Assembly: GCF_021028975.2 (NCBI RefSeq)
Contig: NC_059430.1
Location: 4,030,001-4,093,715 of the forward strand
DNA length: 63,715 nucleotides
Source of the DNA: Sphaerodactylus townsendi
Taxonomy: Eukaryota
Reading direction: 5' to 3'
A model generated the notes under the pieces. The model was not told the DNA's origin. It made no database searches and saw only the letters and a list, made by a program, of their open reading frames with translations. This document shows positions 1-12,552 of this stretch, piece after piece (the first letter of the stretch is position 1; the number at the start of each line of letters is the position of its first letter). The position numbers and the translations under genes were made by a program.

Positions 1-2327
1 TGCTGCCCGCCCAGCCAGCAAGGTAAGAGTGAGGGGGAGGGGATGGGATTTATCCCCAATCTTAACAAAATTAAATGGCAGTAAAAGTGCCCTGGAATTC
101 TTTTAAATAATCTGTTTCATTTGGGATCTGCTTTTCAGCTGCCTTTGAATCGCCACCATTTTCCAGGGAATTCAGTTTGGCTTTGTGCACCCTTATTTGG
201 AACCTGTGCCACGACTTGTGTTATACATCACATGTATTTTGGCCCTGAGAAACTGCAAGTTGGGGGGGGGGGGGGGGAAAAGTTTCCTGCTTTCTTCTCA
301 AAGCTGCATCGAGAACTTCCCTGAAAGGTGAGGGATGTAGAGAAACAGAAGCAATTTCTGCTCGGTCATTAACAGATAAGGGTGGGGGCACACAGGGTGA
401 AGATAAGATAAAAGGGGGGGTGAAGATAAAAGGGGTTCAAAGGGCACTGCCTCCCATTTGACCCAATTTGAAAGGGACAATATGTTAATTAAGGCTCAAT
501 TACATTCCTGCAGCAAAGCAATGAAATGAAATGCCTGTTGGAATGGCACCAAGTGGAAGAAGTTGGTTGCCGGAAGACTCTCTAGGAACTCCTAGAAACC
601 GCCTGGCAGGTGCAGAAAGCAAACATGAGATGACATCAGCGCACCTGCTGATCAGGTCCAAAGGCAAATACTGCCACACTCTAGTGACCCAGTCCATAAA
701 CCCATAAATCCAGTCAATGTGTTTAAAATGAGCAAACACTTGAGTTCCGTAGTGTATAATCGGTATCTGAGTTGTCCTGAAGTTCAGCAGCAACTTAGCT
801 TATTCTGTCCTGCGTTACTTGCATTTCTGTAAGTTGTTCCTTCTGTTTCACTAACTGTTGAATTTGTGACCATTTATACACTTTTGGTCTCCTTCAGATG
901 GGATTCTCAATTACACACACTTCCCCCCCTTTTCACAATTCACTGCTCTCTCATACTAGAGAATCTCCATAGTATCTGAAAGGAGGAAATGTGTGACTTC
1001 CTCCTTGGGAATCAGGGAAGCAGGGATTTGCTTTCTTTGGGTTTATTTGCTTCCCCCCCCCCTTCGCCCATCCTCCCCAAAGTCGAATTTCCCACTCTCT
1101 GGGGCCACCATATTAGAGCAATTGGATGGGCTTCCTTAAGAAAAACTAGCAGGGCCCGGCCACGCGTTGCTGTGGCTTGTTGTGGTGAAATGGGGAAGGA
1201 ATAGTAGCAGCAAATCAATTGCAGAGGCCAGCAGTACGTGCTCATGCAAACACGCAGCCTGATACTGTGCGATGTCATTGATGTGTGTGCCCCCATTTCT
1301 TGGTGGGGAGAGAATGGAAAGGCACCCCTCACACACATCTTGGCTGGCTGGTCATGATCCTTTACCTGGGAGTAAGTTTGGTTGGTGGCAATGGGTGTCG
1401 CTTCTGAGGAAACCCTCTGAGGGGTGCAACGCAGCCATTCAAAGTATGTCACGATTGCTGTACCGAGCTTACTCCTGAGTAATGCGTGCCTGGTTTTCTT
1501 AACTGTAACCACAGTATTCAGGGAATCTAGGGTGCCCACCCTCCCTCCTCCCATCCCAGCATAAGCCCCTCACTTTCTTCCCTCCCTCACTTCTCTTCCC
1601 TTGCATGCAACCCCTCCCTCCCTTCCCTTTCCCTCCGCTAGGTTGGGTGGGTCATATCAAGATGCTGGGCCCCCTGCCTCCCTTCCCTTGCATGCCACCT
1701 CTCCCCCTCCCTCCCTTCCCTCTCCCTCGTGTGTATGTGTGTGTATGTGTTTCACTTCCACTCAAGTTACTGCCTATGTACTGTTTCCACTGCTCCTATC
1801 TGGCCATCCGAGGAACATTCTAAGCAGCACGAACATTCTAAGGGTGACAATTACACACAGGCAGCTGCATGTCCTTCACCATGGAGCGCCCGGAAAAAGG
1901 CATCTTACCTGGGCCAGGTGTGAAATTTCAGGTATGTGAACATCTAAAAACACTCTCACCTGGCTGACTATAGTGGCTGGGAATTGTCAGAGGAATTGGC
2001 CCAGCAGTTACTGAGTTATAGTATCATCAACAAAAACACTGTTAGCCTTTTATATATATATAGATTAAACACCTTGGTGAATTGCTTGAGCAATAGGCCC
2101 TTGGAACTGATGTGAGATTTTAGTCAAGCAAAGTAACGCTAGATCACAGATACTCTTCCTCAAAAAAGACTGCAGGAAAGACCAAGGAAACAGCAGGCAA
2201 AAGGATGACACAGTGGAGTAGGAGGATTGCTGTTTATATAAAAAAATCAAGGAGAAGGCCCACTGCAAAGCAAGCAGCCATGTGGGAAGCAGTAGGTGCT
2301 TAAATGACTTATGTGTTCATTTCTTAA

Positions 2328-2623
2328 GAGAGCAGCAGTGGCGTAGTGGTTAAGAGCAGGTGCACTTTGGAGAACCAGGTTTGATTCCCCGCTCTGCCAC
2401 TTGAGCCGTGGAGGCTTCTCTGGGGAATTCAGATTAGCCTGTGCACTCCCACACACGCCAGCTGGGTGACCTGGGGCTAGTCACAGCTTCTCGGAGCTCT
2501 CTCAGCCCCACCTACCTCACAGGGTGTTTGTTGTGAGGGGGGAAGGGCAAGGAGATTGTCAGTCCCTTTGAGACTCCTACAGGAGAGAAAGGGGGGATAT
2601 AAATCCAAACTCTTCTTCTTCTT
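2328..2623 (+). mobile_element. tRNA-derived SINE (Squam3-like)
   Basis: A box TGGCGTAGTGG, B-box-like GGTTTGATTCC, (CTT)n tail; multiple copies in window. Confidence 0.85.
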
Positions 2624-2695
2624 ACACTTGTCCTTCTAAAGCAAAATAAAAATTCAGGTAATCCCAGAGATCACACAGTTCTGGAGAAACTTGCC

Positions 2696-3670
2696 CTAAC
2701 ATAGAGAGTGATGGTGTTTAGATGGTCTCCAGATTTCCATGGCCTTCTTGAGGGCCCCCTTTACCTCCTGGTTGCGGAGGCTATAAATTATGGGGTTCAG
2801 CATTGGTGTGATTACACAGTACATGATGGAGATCAAAGTGCCAGTCGCCAAGGAGTTACCGGCACTTGGCCTCTGATAGTTCAGTAACCCATTTCCATAG
2901 TAAATGAAGACAACAGAGAGGTGAGACGCACAAGTGGAAAAGGCTTTGCGCTTGCCAGTAGTGGACTGAATCTTCAAGATGGAGGACAGGATGAAAACGT
3001 ATGAGGAAATAATGAACAGGAGGGGGCCACCACCAAAAAGAAGTCCTAATATGTGGAGTACCAGTTCATTGATGTGTGTATCACTGCAAGCCATTTTCAT
3101 CAGTGGAGGGAGATCACAGAAGATGTGATTAATCTGGTTGACTCCACAGAAGTCCAACCTGGTGCTTAGAGCCGTGTGTAGAGCAGAGTCTAGGAAACCC
3201 CAGACCCAAGTGGCAAAGGCCAGTACGGTGCACACCTTGGTGTTCACGAGGCGTGAGTAATGCAAAGGTTTACAGATGGCGGCATAGCGGTCGTAGGCCA
3301 TGACACCCAACAGTGCTCCCTCTGCACCCATGAAAGAGATGAGGAAGAACATCTGGGCCATGCACTGGTTGTAGGAGATGGTCTGTTGCTGGAGCAAGAA
3401 GTTCACCACCATTTTAGGGACAGTGACTGAGGAGAAGCAAATATCTAAGCAGGAGAGGTGGCTGAGGAAATAATACATGGGGGTGTGGAGGCTGGATTTC
3501 AGTTGAATCATAGTGAATATCATGAGGTTCCCCAGTACAGTGACCAAGTAGATGGCCAAGAATGCCAAGGCGAGATACGTGTGACCATACAGAATTCCAG
3601 AGAAACCCAGGAAGTCAAATTCCACCACCTGTGTCTGATTCCTGATTCCCAGGGAGAGCTCAACACTCAT
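2696..3670 (-). CDS. Olfactory receptor OR1 (class II), intact, 324 aa
   Basis: ORF with OR motifs LHTPMYYFLSHLS, MAYDRYAAICKPLHY, KAFSTCASHL, PMLNPIIYSLRN; N-glycosylation site NQT; ATG immediately follows acceptor ttttccctttacag. Confidence 0.96.
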   Translation of the reverse strand: MSVELSLGIRNQTQVVEFDFLGFSGILYGHTYLALAFLAIYLVTVLGNLMIFTMIQLKSSLHTPMYYFLSHLSCLDICFSSVTVPKMVVNFLLQQQTISYNQCMAQMFFLISFMGAEGALLGVMAYDRYAAICKPLHYSRLVNTKVCTVLAFATWVWGFLDSALHTALSTRLDFCGVNQINHIFCDLPPLMKMACSDTHINELVLHILGLLFGGGPLLFIISSYVFILSSILKIQSTTGKRKAFSTCASHLSVVFIYYGNGLLNYQRPSAGNSLATGTLISIMYCVITPMLNPIIYSLRNQEVKGALKKAMEIWRPSKHHHSLC

Positions 3671-3719
3671 CTGTAAAGGGAAAATAATCGAATGAGAGAA
3701 AAGAATTCAATAATGATAT

Positions 3720-4755
3720 TCACAATCTGGAGCATGTGCAGAGAAGGGCGGCCCAAATGGTAAAAGGTCAGGAATCCATGCCCTATGCAGAGAGACTTAG
3801 GGAGCTGGGCATGACATGCGGAATTCATTTCCCAATGAATTCGCTTGGGAAAGAGAAGGTTAAATGGTGACCTGATAGTCAGGTTTAAATAATTGAAGGG
3901 ATGTCATGTTGAAGAGGAAGCACGGTTGTTTTCTGCTGCCTCAGAGACTAGGACTAGGAGTCATGGGTTCAAAGTACAGGAAAGGAGATTCCACCTAAGC
4001 ATGAGGAAGAATGTCCTGACTTAGGGGATGTTTGACAGTGGAATATACTCAGTGGTGGGACTCAAAAATTTTAGTAACAGGTTCCCATGGTGGTGGGATT
4101 CAAACAGTAGCGTAGCGCCAATGGGGCTGGGCGGGGCACAATGGGGGCGTGGCCGGGCATTCCGGGGGCGGGGCATTTATAATTTCTCTGTTACTGTAAA
4201 AAAATCTTACTGTAAACAAAAAAGTTCCTAATTTCCAGCTGGTATCTTTCTGTCCATAATTTAAACTAGTCTCGACAGGTTCCGTCAGCCTGCCGCCAAT
4301 GAGTCAATGACTTCTCCTCTAATTGACTGCCTGTCAAATACTTAATACTTTCAAATACTTAATTTTGTGTCTAGAAATCAAAAGAAGGATACTTTCCTTA
4401 AACGAGGAACTTTACCATATTTCTAAGACATGTTTTTAAAACAGCCCAACATGGAGAATGATCCCGTTTTCTACCTTTGCTAACCAGCCACATAGGAAAA
4501 AACAGGACTTCATGATCTTTGGACCTAATGGAATTTCTAACGGAAAAGCAGACCCAATTAGTAACCCCCTCTCGGCACACACAAATAATTAGTAACCCTC
4601 TCTCGGGAACTGGTGAGAACCTGCTGGATCCCACCTCTGAATATACTGCTGTGGAGAGTGTTGGATTCTTGGAGGTTTTTATGCAGAGGTTGGGTAGCCA
4701 TTTGTCAGTAGTTCTGTGATTACGGCCTCTTCCAACTCTATAATTCTATGAGTCT
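3720..4755 (+). mobile_element. Older CR1 3' fragment next to the OR acceptor; paralogous copies begin near 10135, 22575, 30148 and 38420
   Basis: Degenerate CR1 ORF2 end, (ATTCTATG)-like tail; interrupted by a hAT MITE. Confidence 0.8.
4050..4639. mobile_element. Non-autonomous hAT element (MITE family A)
   Basis: TIRs CAGTGGTGGGA...TCCCACCTCTG; 8-bp TSD AATATACT. Confidence 0.9.
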
Positions 4756-4973
4756 AAGACATCTTGCATTTGCTGTGAATTTGGGATATTACCCAGCCAC
4801 CTAAACCTTGCTGAAGTCATGCAGAAGAAGTGAGGTTCATTCAGTTGTGCCACACATAGATCTTGGATGTGTTACCAGTACATGGCCTCTTTTCTGTTTT
4901 CTCTCCTCCTTACTCAACTGAAACTGGTCTCTCCAGAATCCCTGATGATCGTCTCAGTCCCAAAGAAGCAAGG

Positions 4974-5548
4974 CAGAGGTGGGATCTAGCAGGTTCTCAC
5001 AAGTTCCCGAGAGTGGGTTGCTAATTATTTGTGTGTGCCGAGAGTGGGTTACTAATTGGGTCTGCTTTTCCATTAGGTCCAAAAATCATAAAGTCCTGTT
5101 GTTTCCTATGTGGCTGGTTAGCGAAGGTAGAAAACGGGATAATTCTCCCTGTTGGGCTGTTTTAAAAACATGTTTTAGTAATAGGGTAAAGTTCCTTGTT
5201 TAAGGAAAGTCTCCTTCTTTTGATTTCTAGAAACAAAATTAAGTATTTGAAAGTATTAAGTATTTGACAGGCAGTCAATCGGAGGAGAAGTAGTTGTTTC
5301 TGTTGGCAGTAGACGATAGGACTTGCTATAATGAGTTTAAATTATGGACAGAAAGATACCAGCTGGAAATTAGGAACTTTTTTTACAGTAAGAGTTTTTT
5401 ACAGTAACTGAGAAATTATTAATGCCCCACCCCCTGAATGCCCGCCCACGCCCCTGTCATGCCCCGCCCAGAACCACTGGTGCTACGCCCCTGTTTGAAT
5501 CCCACCACTATGGGAACCTGTTACTAACATTTTTGGATCCCACCACTG
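4974..5548. mobile_element. hAT MITE family A, opposite orientation
   Basis: TSD AAGCAAGG; empty site at ~23477-23484 in the paralogous unit. Confidence 0.92.
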
Positions 5549-6874
5549 AAGCAAGGGCTATTCTCTGACCTCCACACCCTGGATCTGTCTACTGATTTTG
5601 ACACATCTGATTTGTCCCTGAATTGATGAGTGGGATTTTCTTGACTCTCTGCTCTATCGGTTCTCCTCCTATGTGTAAATGATCAGGAACTGTTTGAATG
5701 GGTGTGGGGGGAGGGGTGTATGCTGTTGTTTTATTTTGTTTGTGGGGTACTTCCAGTCTTTTGGCCCTTTCAGTTCTTTTGTGGTATGCTAGGTCTTCAT
5801 GAGTTATTCAAAACCTGGCCTTTCCACACAAATCTCCTAAAATATTTGTTAAAAGTTTTCAATACCCATTTTGTTCCTACTCCCTCCCTTGAAATGATTC
5901 CTGACTGCCATTATGGGGCAGGGGAAGGAGGCGCGGTTTAGCTCTGTGTTGAATTGATCCTTCAATGCCGCACTGTCTTCTCCTTGTCTACTGGATGCTT
6001 CAAAGATGGGCCCCTCAAAAATAAAAGAACAAACAGAGAACCGCTGCAAATAAATAGGCGAGGGGGAACCGAGTGAGCACAGAAAATAACACCAAGGAGG
6101 AAGCAGAGAAGCGTGGAAAACGCAGTGAGTAGATCACACAGCAGCTGAAGATGCTGTCAAAACATTTCAGCCAGAGAATTGCTTTACTGTGAAATTGTCA
6201 ATCTGAGTTGCCTGGAGGAACGATGGGATAAAATGTCAGGCTGTGAGAAGAAGACTGGCCCTAATTCAACCACTAGACCTCATGTCTAGGCATCAGGATG
6301 CAAGAATCCCAGATTTTACACAGCACTGTCTTCCTCAAAGGGCTCTCAGCACCACCTACACCTGAGAACACCCACCGGGAGCTCCGAACTTCCTCCCTGC
6401 CTCCAGTCCTCCCACTTCATTGCCTGTCGGAGATTTCCACTCAGATGCCTTAGGTTTAATACATAAAATGCAGGCTGCGCTTCTCTTCTGTCCTCCCAGG
6501 CTCTCTGTGTCTACTCTGTGCTCATGGGCAGTGGCACCAAAGGAGGGACATCAATCACTGGCCTTATCAGATGAGTCTTTGGGGATTAGTGGCACACATG
6601 TTTCCCACCCTTCCAAACTCACAGGACCACAGATCGGAGAAGCCTGCCAGCTTTTGAAACCTGGCAACATGCAGCTCTCCCCCCTGCTCCTTCACAGAGA
6701 AAGAGAGGGGAATTAGCAGGCATTTTACTTTCTTTGGGTTTCCTTGCAGTTTTCCTCACCCACACGGATAGAACAAGGAAGTGGAGAGCAGGCAAAACAG
6801 TGGATCAGATCAGCCGTGTTCACTTTGCAGTGAGAGAAACCCATTGAAACAGAAAAACATGGGGAAAGCTCAGT

Positions 6875-7180
6875 TAAGAACATAAGAACATAAGAACAAG
6901 CCAGCTGGATCAGACCAGAGTCCATCTAGTCCAGCTCTCTGCTACTCACAGTGGCCCACCAGGTGCCTTTGGGAGCTCATATGCAGGAGGTGAAAGCAAT
7001 GGCCTTCTGCTGCTGCTGCTGCTCCCGAGCACCTGGTCTGCTAAGGCATTTGCAATCTCAGATCAAGGAGGATCAAGATTGGGAGCCATAAATCGACTTC
7101 TCCTCCATAAATCTGTCCAAGCCCCTTTTAAAGCTATCCAGGTTAGTGGCCATCACCACCTCCTGTGGCAGCATATTCCA
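6875..7180 (-). mobile_element. Young CR1 LINE 3' end
   Basis: (GTTCTTAT)n tail; ORF2 end WNMLPQEVV. Confidence 0.88.
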
Positions 7181-7583
7181 CTTCATCGCCTGTCGGAGAT
7201 TTCCACTCAGACGCCTCATTGTCGCCTTAGGCTTAATACATGAATTACACGCTGCCCTCCTCTCATGTCCTCCCAGATTCTCTGTGTCTACTCTGGGCTC
7301 ATGGACAGTGGCACCATAAGAGGGACATCAATCACTGGCCTTATCAAATGAGCCTTTGGGGATTAGTGGCGCACATGTTTCCCACCCTCCCAAACTCACA
7401 GGACCACAGATTGGAGAAGCCGGTCAGCTTTTGAAACCTGGCAACGTGCAGCTCTCCCTCCTGCTCCTTCACAGAGAATACGAGGGGAATTAGCAGGCAT
7501 TTTACTTTCTTTTGTCTCCTTGCAGCTTTCCTCACCCACACGGATAGAACAAGGAAGTGGAGAGCAGGCAAAACAGTGGATCG

Positions 7584-7846
7584 TAAGAACATAAGAACAT
7601 AAGAACAAGTCAGCTGGATCAGACCAGAGTCCATCTAGTCCAGCTCTCTGCTACTCGCAGTGGCCCACCAGGTGCCTTTGGGAGCTCACATGCAGGAGGT
7701 GAAAGCAATGGCCTTCTGCTGCTGCTGCTGCTCCTGAGCACCTGGTCTGCTCAGGCATTTGCAATCTGAGATCAAGGAGGATCAAGATTGGGAGCCATAG
7801 ATCAACTTCTCCTCCATAAATATGTCCAAGCCCTTTTTTAAAACTA
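7584..7846 (-). mobile_element. Young CR1 LINE 3' end
   Basis: Same tail and 3' UTR. Confidence 0.88.
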
Positions 7847-8380
7847 TTGATCAGATCAGATCAGCCGTGTTCACTTTGCAGTGAGAGAAACCCATTGAAA
7901 CAGAAAAACATGGGGAAAACTCAGTTCAACCTGCCAAAGTGGCAAAGACACTAACTGTTGTTCTTCATTCTGATATATTGAGCTATTCTAGGAAATATAT
8001 GTGCAGTGCTGTTGGCAGGCAAGCCCCCACACCCCAAATTAAAAAAAAACTTCCTCTAGGGAACGTCAAGACATATTTTAGTTGATTCTTTTCAAAAAAG
8101 ATTCGTATTCACAGAAGGAAAAAATGCCAGCTACTGTATGATTGGGACATCACTGTTTCCTTGCGGCTAAGGATTCCCTGGGCAACTTGACACCCACCTA
8201 ACTTTCCCCTCTCTAACTTGAGTGACAGGTCAGAAGATTCTTTGGAAAGGTCAGAAGAAAACGCAGGAGACTGACCCTTAAAAACCAGGTTGGTTTGAAA
8301 CAATTCTTTGCAAATTAAATCAGGGATTTGCCCCACTTAAAAAGGCAACTGGTTAAAGTACAAATTACCCACCTTTGCCA

Positions 8381-8735
8381 CTCACCTTTGCATATGGATG
8401 ACAAGGTGAAGGCTGGGTCCCTCCTCCTCCTCCTCCTCCTCAAGTCTGTCCTTTACTGTTTATTCTGTCTACAAGATGGGAGTCAAGTAGCCTCGATTTA
8501 TCAGGAGGTTCATGCATGGCAGCCCCTAGACATGGAATCTACACTAGTTCTTGGAAGCCTCTTTCGTCCTCCAACACAAAGTCTCTGATGCCCGGGAGCA
8601 ACCAGAGGTATTCAAAGCTGGTGCTGCCCTGAGGGCCTAATCTTGTTTGTGGGCTGGGGGCCTTGGGGATGCTCCTGGATTGGAAGCCCTCAGGGAGTGA
8701 GGAGCCCAGAGCTGGAAGCTCAGAGAATTGGGACA
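8381..8735 (-). promoter_or_regulatory. Putative OR1 promoter and 5' non-coding exon
   Basis: Block conserved once per OR unit; AAG|GTGAG donor at 8381-8385; O/E-like sites CCCTGAGGG, CCTTGGGGA, CCCTCAGGGA; no conserved ORF. Confidence 0.62.
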
Positions 8736-8739
8736 GACT

Positions 8740-9203
8740 CAGAGGTGGGATCCAGCAGGTTCTCACCAGTTCCCAAGAGTGGGTTACTAATTATTTGTGT
8801 GTGCCGAGAGAGGGTTACTAATTGGGTCCGCTTTTCCGTCTCCACACCCTCGCCTCCCCCGCTCTTCTTCTTTCTTGTAACCCGGAGCTTGCCAGCTAGT
8901 AAGAGGAGGGACCCTTTAATGATTGTTGGTTTCAGGGGACTCTTTAGTTGTTTCTGTTGGAAGTGGACGATAGGACTTGCTATAATTAGTTTAAATTATG
9001 GACAGAAAGATACCAGCTGGAAATTAGGAACTTTTTTTTACAGTAAGAGTTTTTTACAGTAACAGAGAAATTATTGATGCCCCGACCCCAGAATGCCTGG
9101 CCATGCCCCCGGAATGCCCCGCCCAGCCCCATTGGCGCTACGCCACTGTTTGAATCCCACCACCATGGGAACCTGTTACTAAAATTTTTGGATTCCACCA
9201 CTG
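8740..9203. mobile_element. hAT MITE family A at a deletion junction
   Basis: Both TIRs present but flanks differ (GACAGACT / GATGGGGT), so no TSD. Confidence 0.88.
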
Positions 9204-10084
9204 GATGGGGTTCAGCATTGGGGTGATTACACTGTACATGATGGAGACCACAGTGCCCGGCGCCAAGGAGTAGCCAGCACTTGGCCTCTGATAGTTCAGA
9301 AATGCATTTACATAGTAAATGAAGACAACAGTGAGGTGAGAATTACAAGCGGCGCTTTGGCGCTTGGGCTAATAGTGGACTGAATCTTCAAGATGGAGGA
9401 CAGGATGAAGACGTATGATAAAAGGGTGAACAGGAGGGGCCCCCCACCCATGAAAACTCCTAATACATGGAGCGCCAGTTCATTGATATGCACATCATTG
9501 CAGGCCATTTTCATCAGTGGAGGGAGATCGCAGAAGATGTGATGAATCTGGTTGACTCCACAGAAGTCCAACCTGGTGCTGAGTGCCGTGTGCAGAGCAG
9601 AGTCTAGGAAGCCCCAGATCCACGTGGCAAAGGCCAGTACGGTGCACACCTTGGTGTTCATGAGATGGGAGTAATGCAGAGGTTTACAGATGGCGGCGTA
9701 GCGGTCGTAGGCCATGACAGCCAGCAGGGCAGCCTCTGCCGCTATGAACGACATCAGGAAGAACATCTGGGCCATGCACTGGTTGTAGGAGATCGTGTGT
9801 TGCTGCTGCAAGAAGTTCACCACCATCTTCGGAACTGTGACCGAGGAGAGGAACATATCTAAGCAGGAGAGATGGCTGAGGAAATAATACATGGGGGTAC
9901 GAAGGCTGGATTTCAGTCGAATCATAGTAAATATCATGAGGTTCCCCAGCACAGTGACCAAGTAGATGGCTAAGAATGCCAAGGTAAGATATGTGTGACC
10001 ATACAGAATGCCAGAGAAACCCAGGAGGACAAATTCCACCACCTGCGTCTGATTCCCGATTCCCAGGGAGAGCTCAAAACTCGT
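9204..10084 (-). pseudogene. Olfactory receptor pseudogene OR2
   Basis: Both family start positions lost (ACG and CTG); frame disruption near 9345-9375; homology ends at PMLNPI, abutting a hAT MITE end at 9203. Confidence 0.9.
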
Positions 10085-10313
10085 CTGTAAAAAGAAAACA
10101 ATCCAATGAGAGTAGAGAATTCAAGAATGATATTCACAAGCTGGACTGGTCCATAGGAGGGCAGCCCAAATGCTAGACCATCAGGAAACCATGTCCTATG
10201 GGGAGAGACTTTGGGAGCTGGGCAAATTTGAACTGGGAAAGAGAAAGTTAAGGGGCGACATGATAGCCATGTTTAAATATTTGAAGGGACGCCATGTTGA
10301 AGAGGGTGCCATG

Positions 10314-11070
10314 TGTATAAGCACAATATCTCTTTATGAATAATCTTTATGAATGGTTTATGAATTATCTATTGAATTTATACTCAGACTAATTGCATAT
10401 ATCAATTAGCTCATTGCCTTGTATCACTATATATAAAAAGCCTAAAAAAATTTTAGTCTGTATATTTATGCAGCTATTTCTACTAGATTTACCTGAACGC
10501 ACTGAAGACATTTCTGTTGAAAACGTGGACTAGCTGCCGCCTAATGCCAGTCCCGCTTAATGTACTTGCTGTCACCGTGGTGTCTTCATCCATTTGCTGG
10601 AGCGGCTGCTGTCTACTACCACAATTCGTTTTAATATTCTTTCCTCATTGAATATTGGTGATACTGACTCTTTCAATTGATTGGAAGGCAATAGGAGTGT
10701 TGCAGGTTTCGTGCCTTATGGACAATGTTTATGACATCCTATACAATGCCTTTGAGAATTTATTACTAACTACAGTCCCATTACGTTTCTTAAGTTGCCT
10801 ATGTGCCCTCATTATATGTTTTGTTATTACCTTTATATCCAATTGAATATTACTTATCATATAAGCACAATATATCTTTATGAATAATCTTTATGAACGG
10901 CTGGGCGAATTCATTCATTGAATCTATACTCAGACTAATTCGTATATACCAATTAGCTCATGCCGTCTTTATCATCACCAAGGCATATACAGTCCATGCT
11001 TTCATCAGTCATTTGCTGGCCTAAAAAATTTTTAGTATTGGTTTGACTGTATATATTTGCTGATCTGTTT
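10314..11070 (+). mobile_element. AT-rich insertion with partial tandem repeat, possibly a second Penelope-type terminal repeat
   Basis: 10316-10430 repeated at ~10860-10980; ATGTTGAAGAGGG on both flanks (TSD-like). Confidence 0.45.
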
Positions 11071-11160
11071 AATGTTGAAGAGGGAGCAAGCTTGTTTTCC
11101 ACTACTCCAGGGACTAGGACAAGGTTCATATTTCCGCATGGTGAAAATATCCTGGGGTGA

Positions 11161-11823
11161 GTGGTGCGACCGCACTTGGAGTACTGTGTCCAGTTCTGGT
11201 CACTGCATCTCAAAAAGGATGTTGAGGAGATAGAAAAAAAGTGCAGAGAAGGGCACCAAGGATTACTGAGGGACTGGAGCATCTTCCTCGCGAGGAGAGG
11301 CTGCCGCTGGGACTCCTTAGTCAAGGAGAGGAGGCGCTGAGGGGGGATATGGCATTGAAGCTCTAAGCAAAATTGGCGCATGTATAGAAAATGCTGCCAT
11401 ATGAGAGACATTTTTCTCTCTTTCTCACAATACTAGAACCAGGGGACATTCATTGAAAATGCTGGGGGGAAGAATTAGGATCCACTAATGCGCGTTACAC
11501 TTCTTCACGCAACGTCTGGACTGGTGCTTGGACATGCTGCCACAGGAGGTGGTGAAGGACACCAACCTGGAATAGCTTTAAAAGGGGCTTGGACCGACGA
11601 TGGAGGAGAAGTTGATTTATGGGTACCAATCTTGATCCTCTTTGATCTGAGATTGCAAATGCCTTAACAGTCCAGGTGATCGGGAGCACAGCCGCAGAAG
11701 GCCATTGCGTTCACATCCTACATGTGAGCTCCCAAAGGCACCTGGTGGGCCACTGCGAGTAGCAGAGAGCTGGACTAGATGGACTTTGGTCTGATCCAGC
11801 TGGCTTGTTCTTATGTTCTTATG
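11161..11823 (+). mobile_element. Young CR1 LINE 3' fragment, indel-rich
   Basis: [13 protein letters not shown] region through tail. Confidence 0.85.
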
Positions 11824-11825
11824 AG

Positions 11826-12314
11826 TGAGAAAAATATCCCAGTTCAGCCATGAATTCCGCGCGGCACCTGGCACTAATGCAGGTCTGCCCCGGTGCTGCC
11901 CCGCGATATTTCCCTTACCCAGCAATATTCAAAAATTGCCATTTTGGCAGTTCCTCTGAAAGATCCCGGGGTGACCCCACTGCCAAACAAAACCCACAAG
12001 AGCAGACCGAGCATATTTTTCCTGCCTTGCCACTGTCCGACTGGGCATGGAGCCGTTCCCCCTGTTTTTAGAGCCAGTGGGGCGTGGATTGTGTAGGAAG
12101 GGGAAAGCTGGGGGGGGGGAGAGCCGTTCCCTCTGTCTTTTGTCAACGGGGTTAATACAAAAGACCCGGGCCAAGCGGGACACACTGGAGGATTTCCTCC
12201 TGGTCCTGCTGCGGCTCCTGGGAAGAAGCAGGGAGCCGTGCGAAGACAGAAACCGGGATAAAATAGCTCTGGTATGTACAATCCTGGGTCTACCCCGGTG
12301 TAATTGTACTGTGC
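11826..12314. mobile_element. Partial GC-rich Harbinger-like MITE
   Basis: Ends TGTGCAAAATGGCC, similar to the other GGCC-terminated MITEs; left TIR not found. Confidence 0.4.
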
Positions 12315-12552
12315 AAAATGGCCAAGGCGTGATGGATTCAAGGTACATGGAAGGAGATTCAACCTAAACATTAGGAAGAGCTTCCTGATGGTCAGGGCTG
12401 TTTGACTGTGAAATGTGCTGCCTCTGAGGATGGTGGTGTCTCCTTCCTTGGAAAATTTTATATGGAGGCTAGATGGGCATCTTTCAGGGGTGCTTTGATG
12501 GTGTGAACCTGCATGGCAGGGAGTTGGACTGGAAGGCCTTTGTGGTCTCTTT

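Noticed and set aside
2331-2400. tRNA gene
   Set aside because: A and B boxes belong to a SINE head followed by SINE body and tail
8386-8766. Conserved block as a coding exon of a second interleaved gene family (SQFSELPA...)
   Set aside because: Stops and indels differ between copies and no frame is conserved; fits a non-coding exon and promoter
9340-9380. Clustered changes in OR2 and the CR1 at 11161-11600 as targeted hypermutation
   Set aside because: Dense small indels look like low-quality consensus sequence; cannot be separated from error without reads
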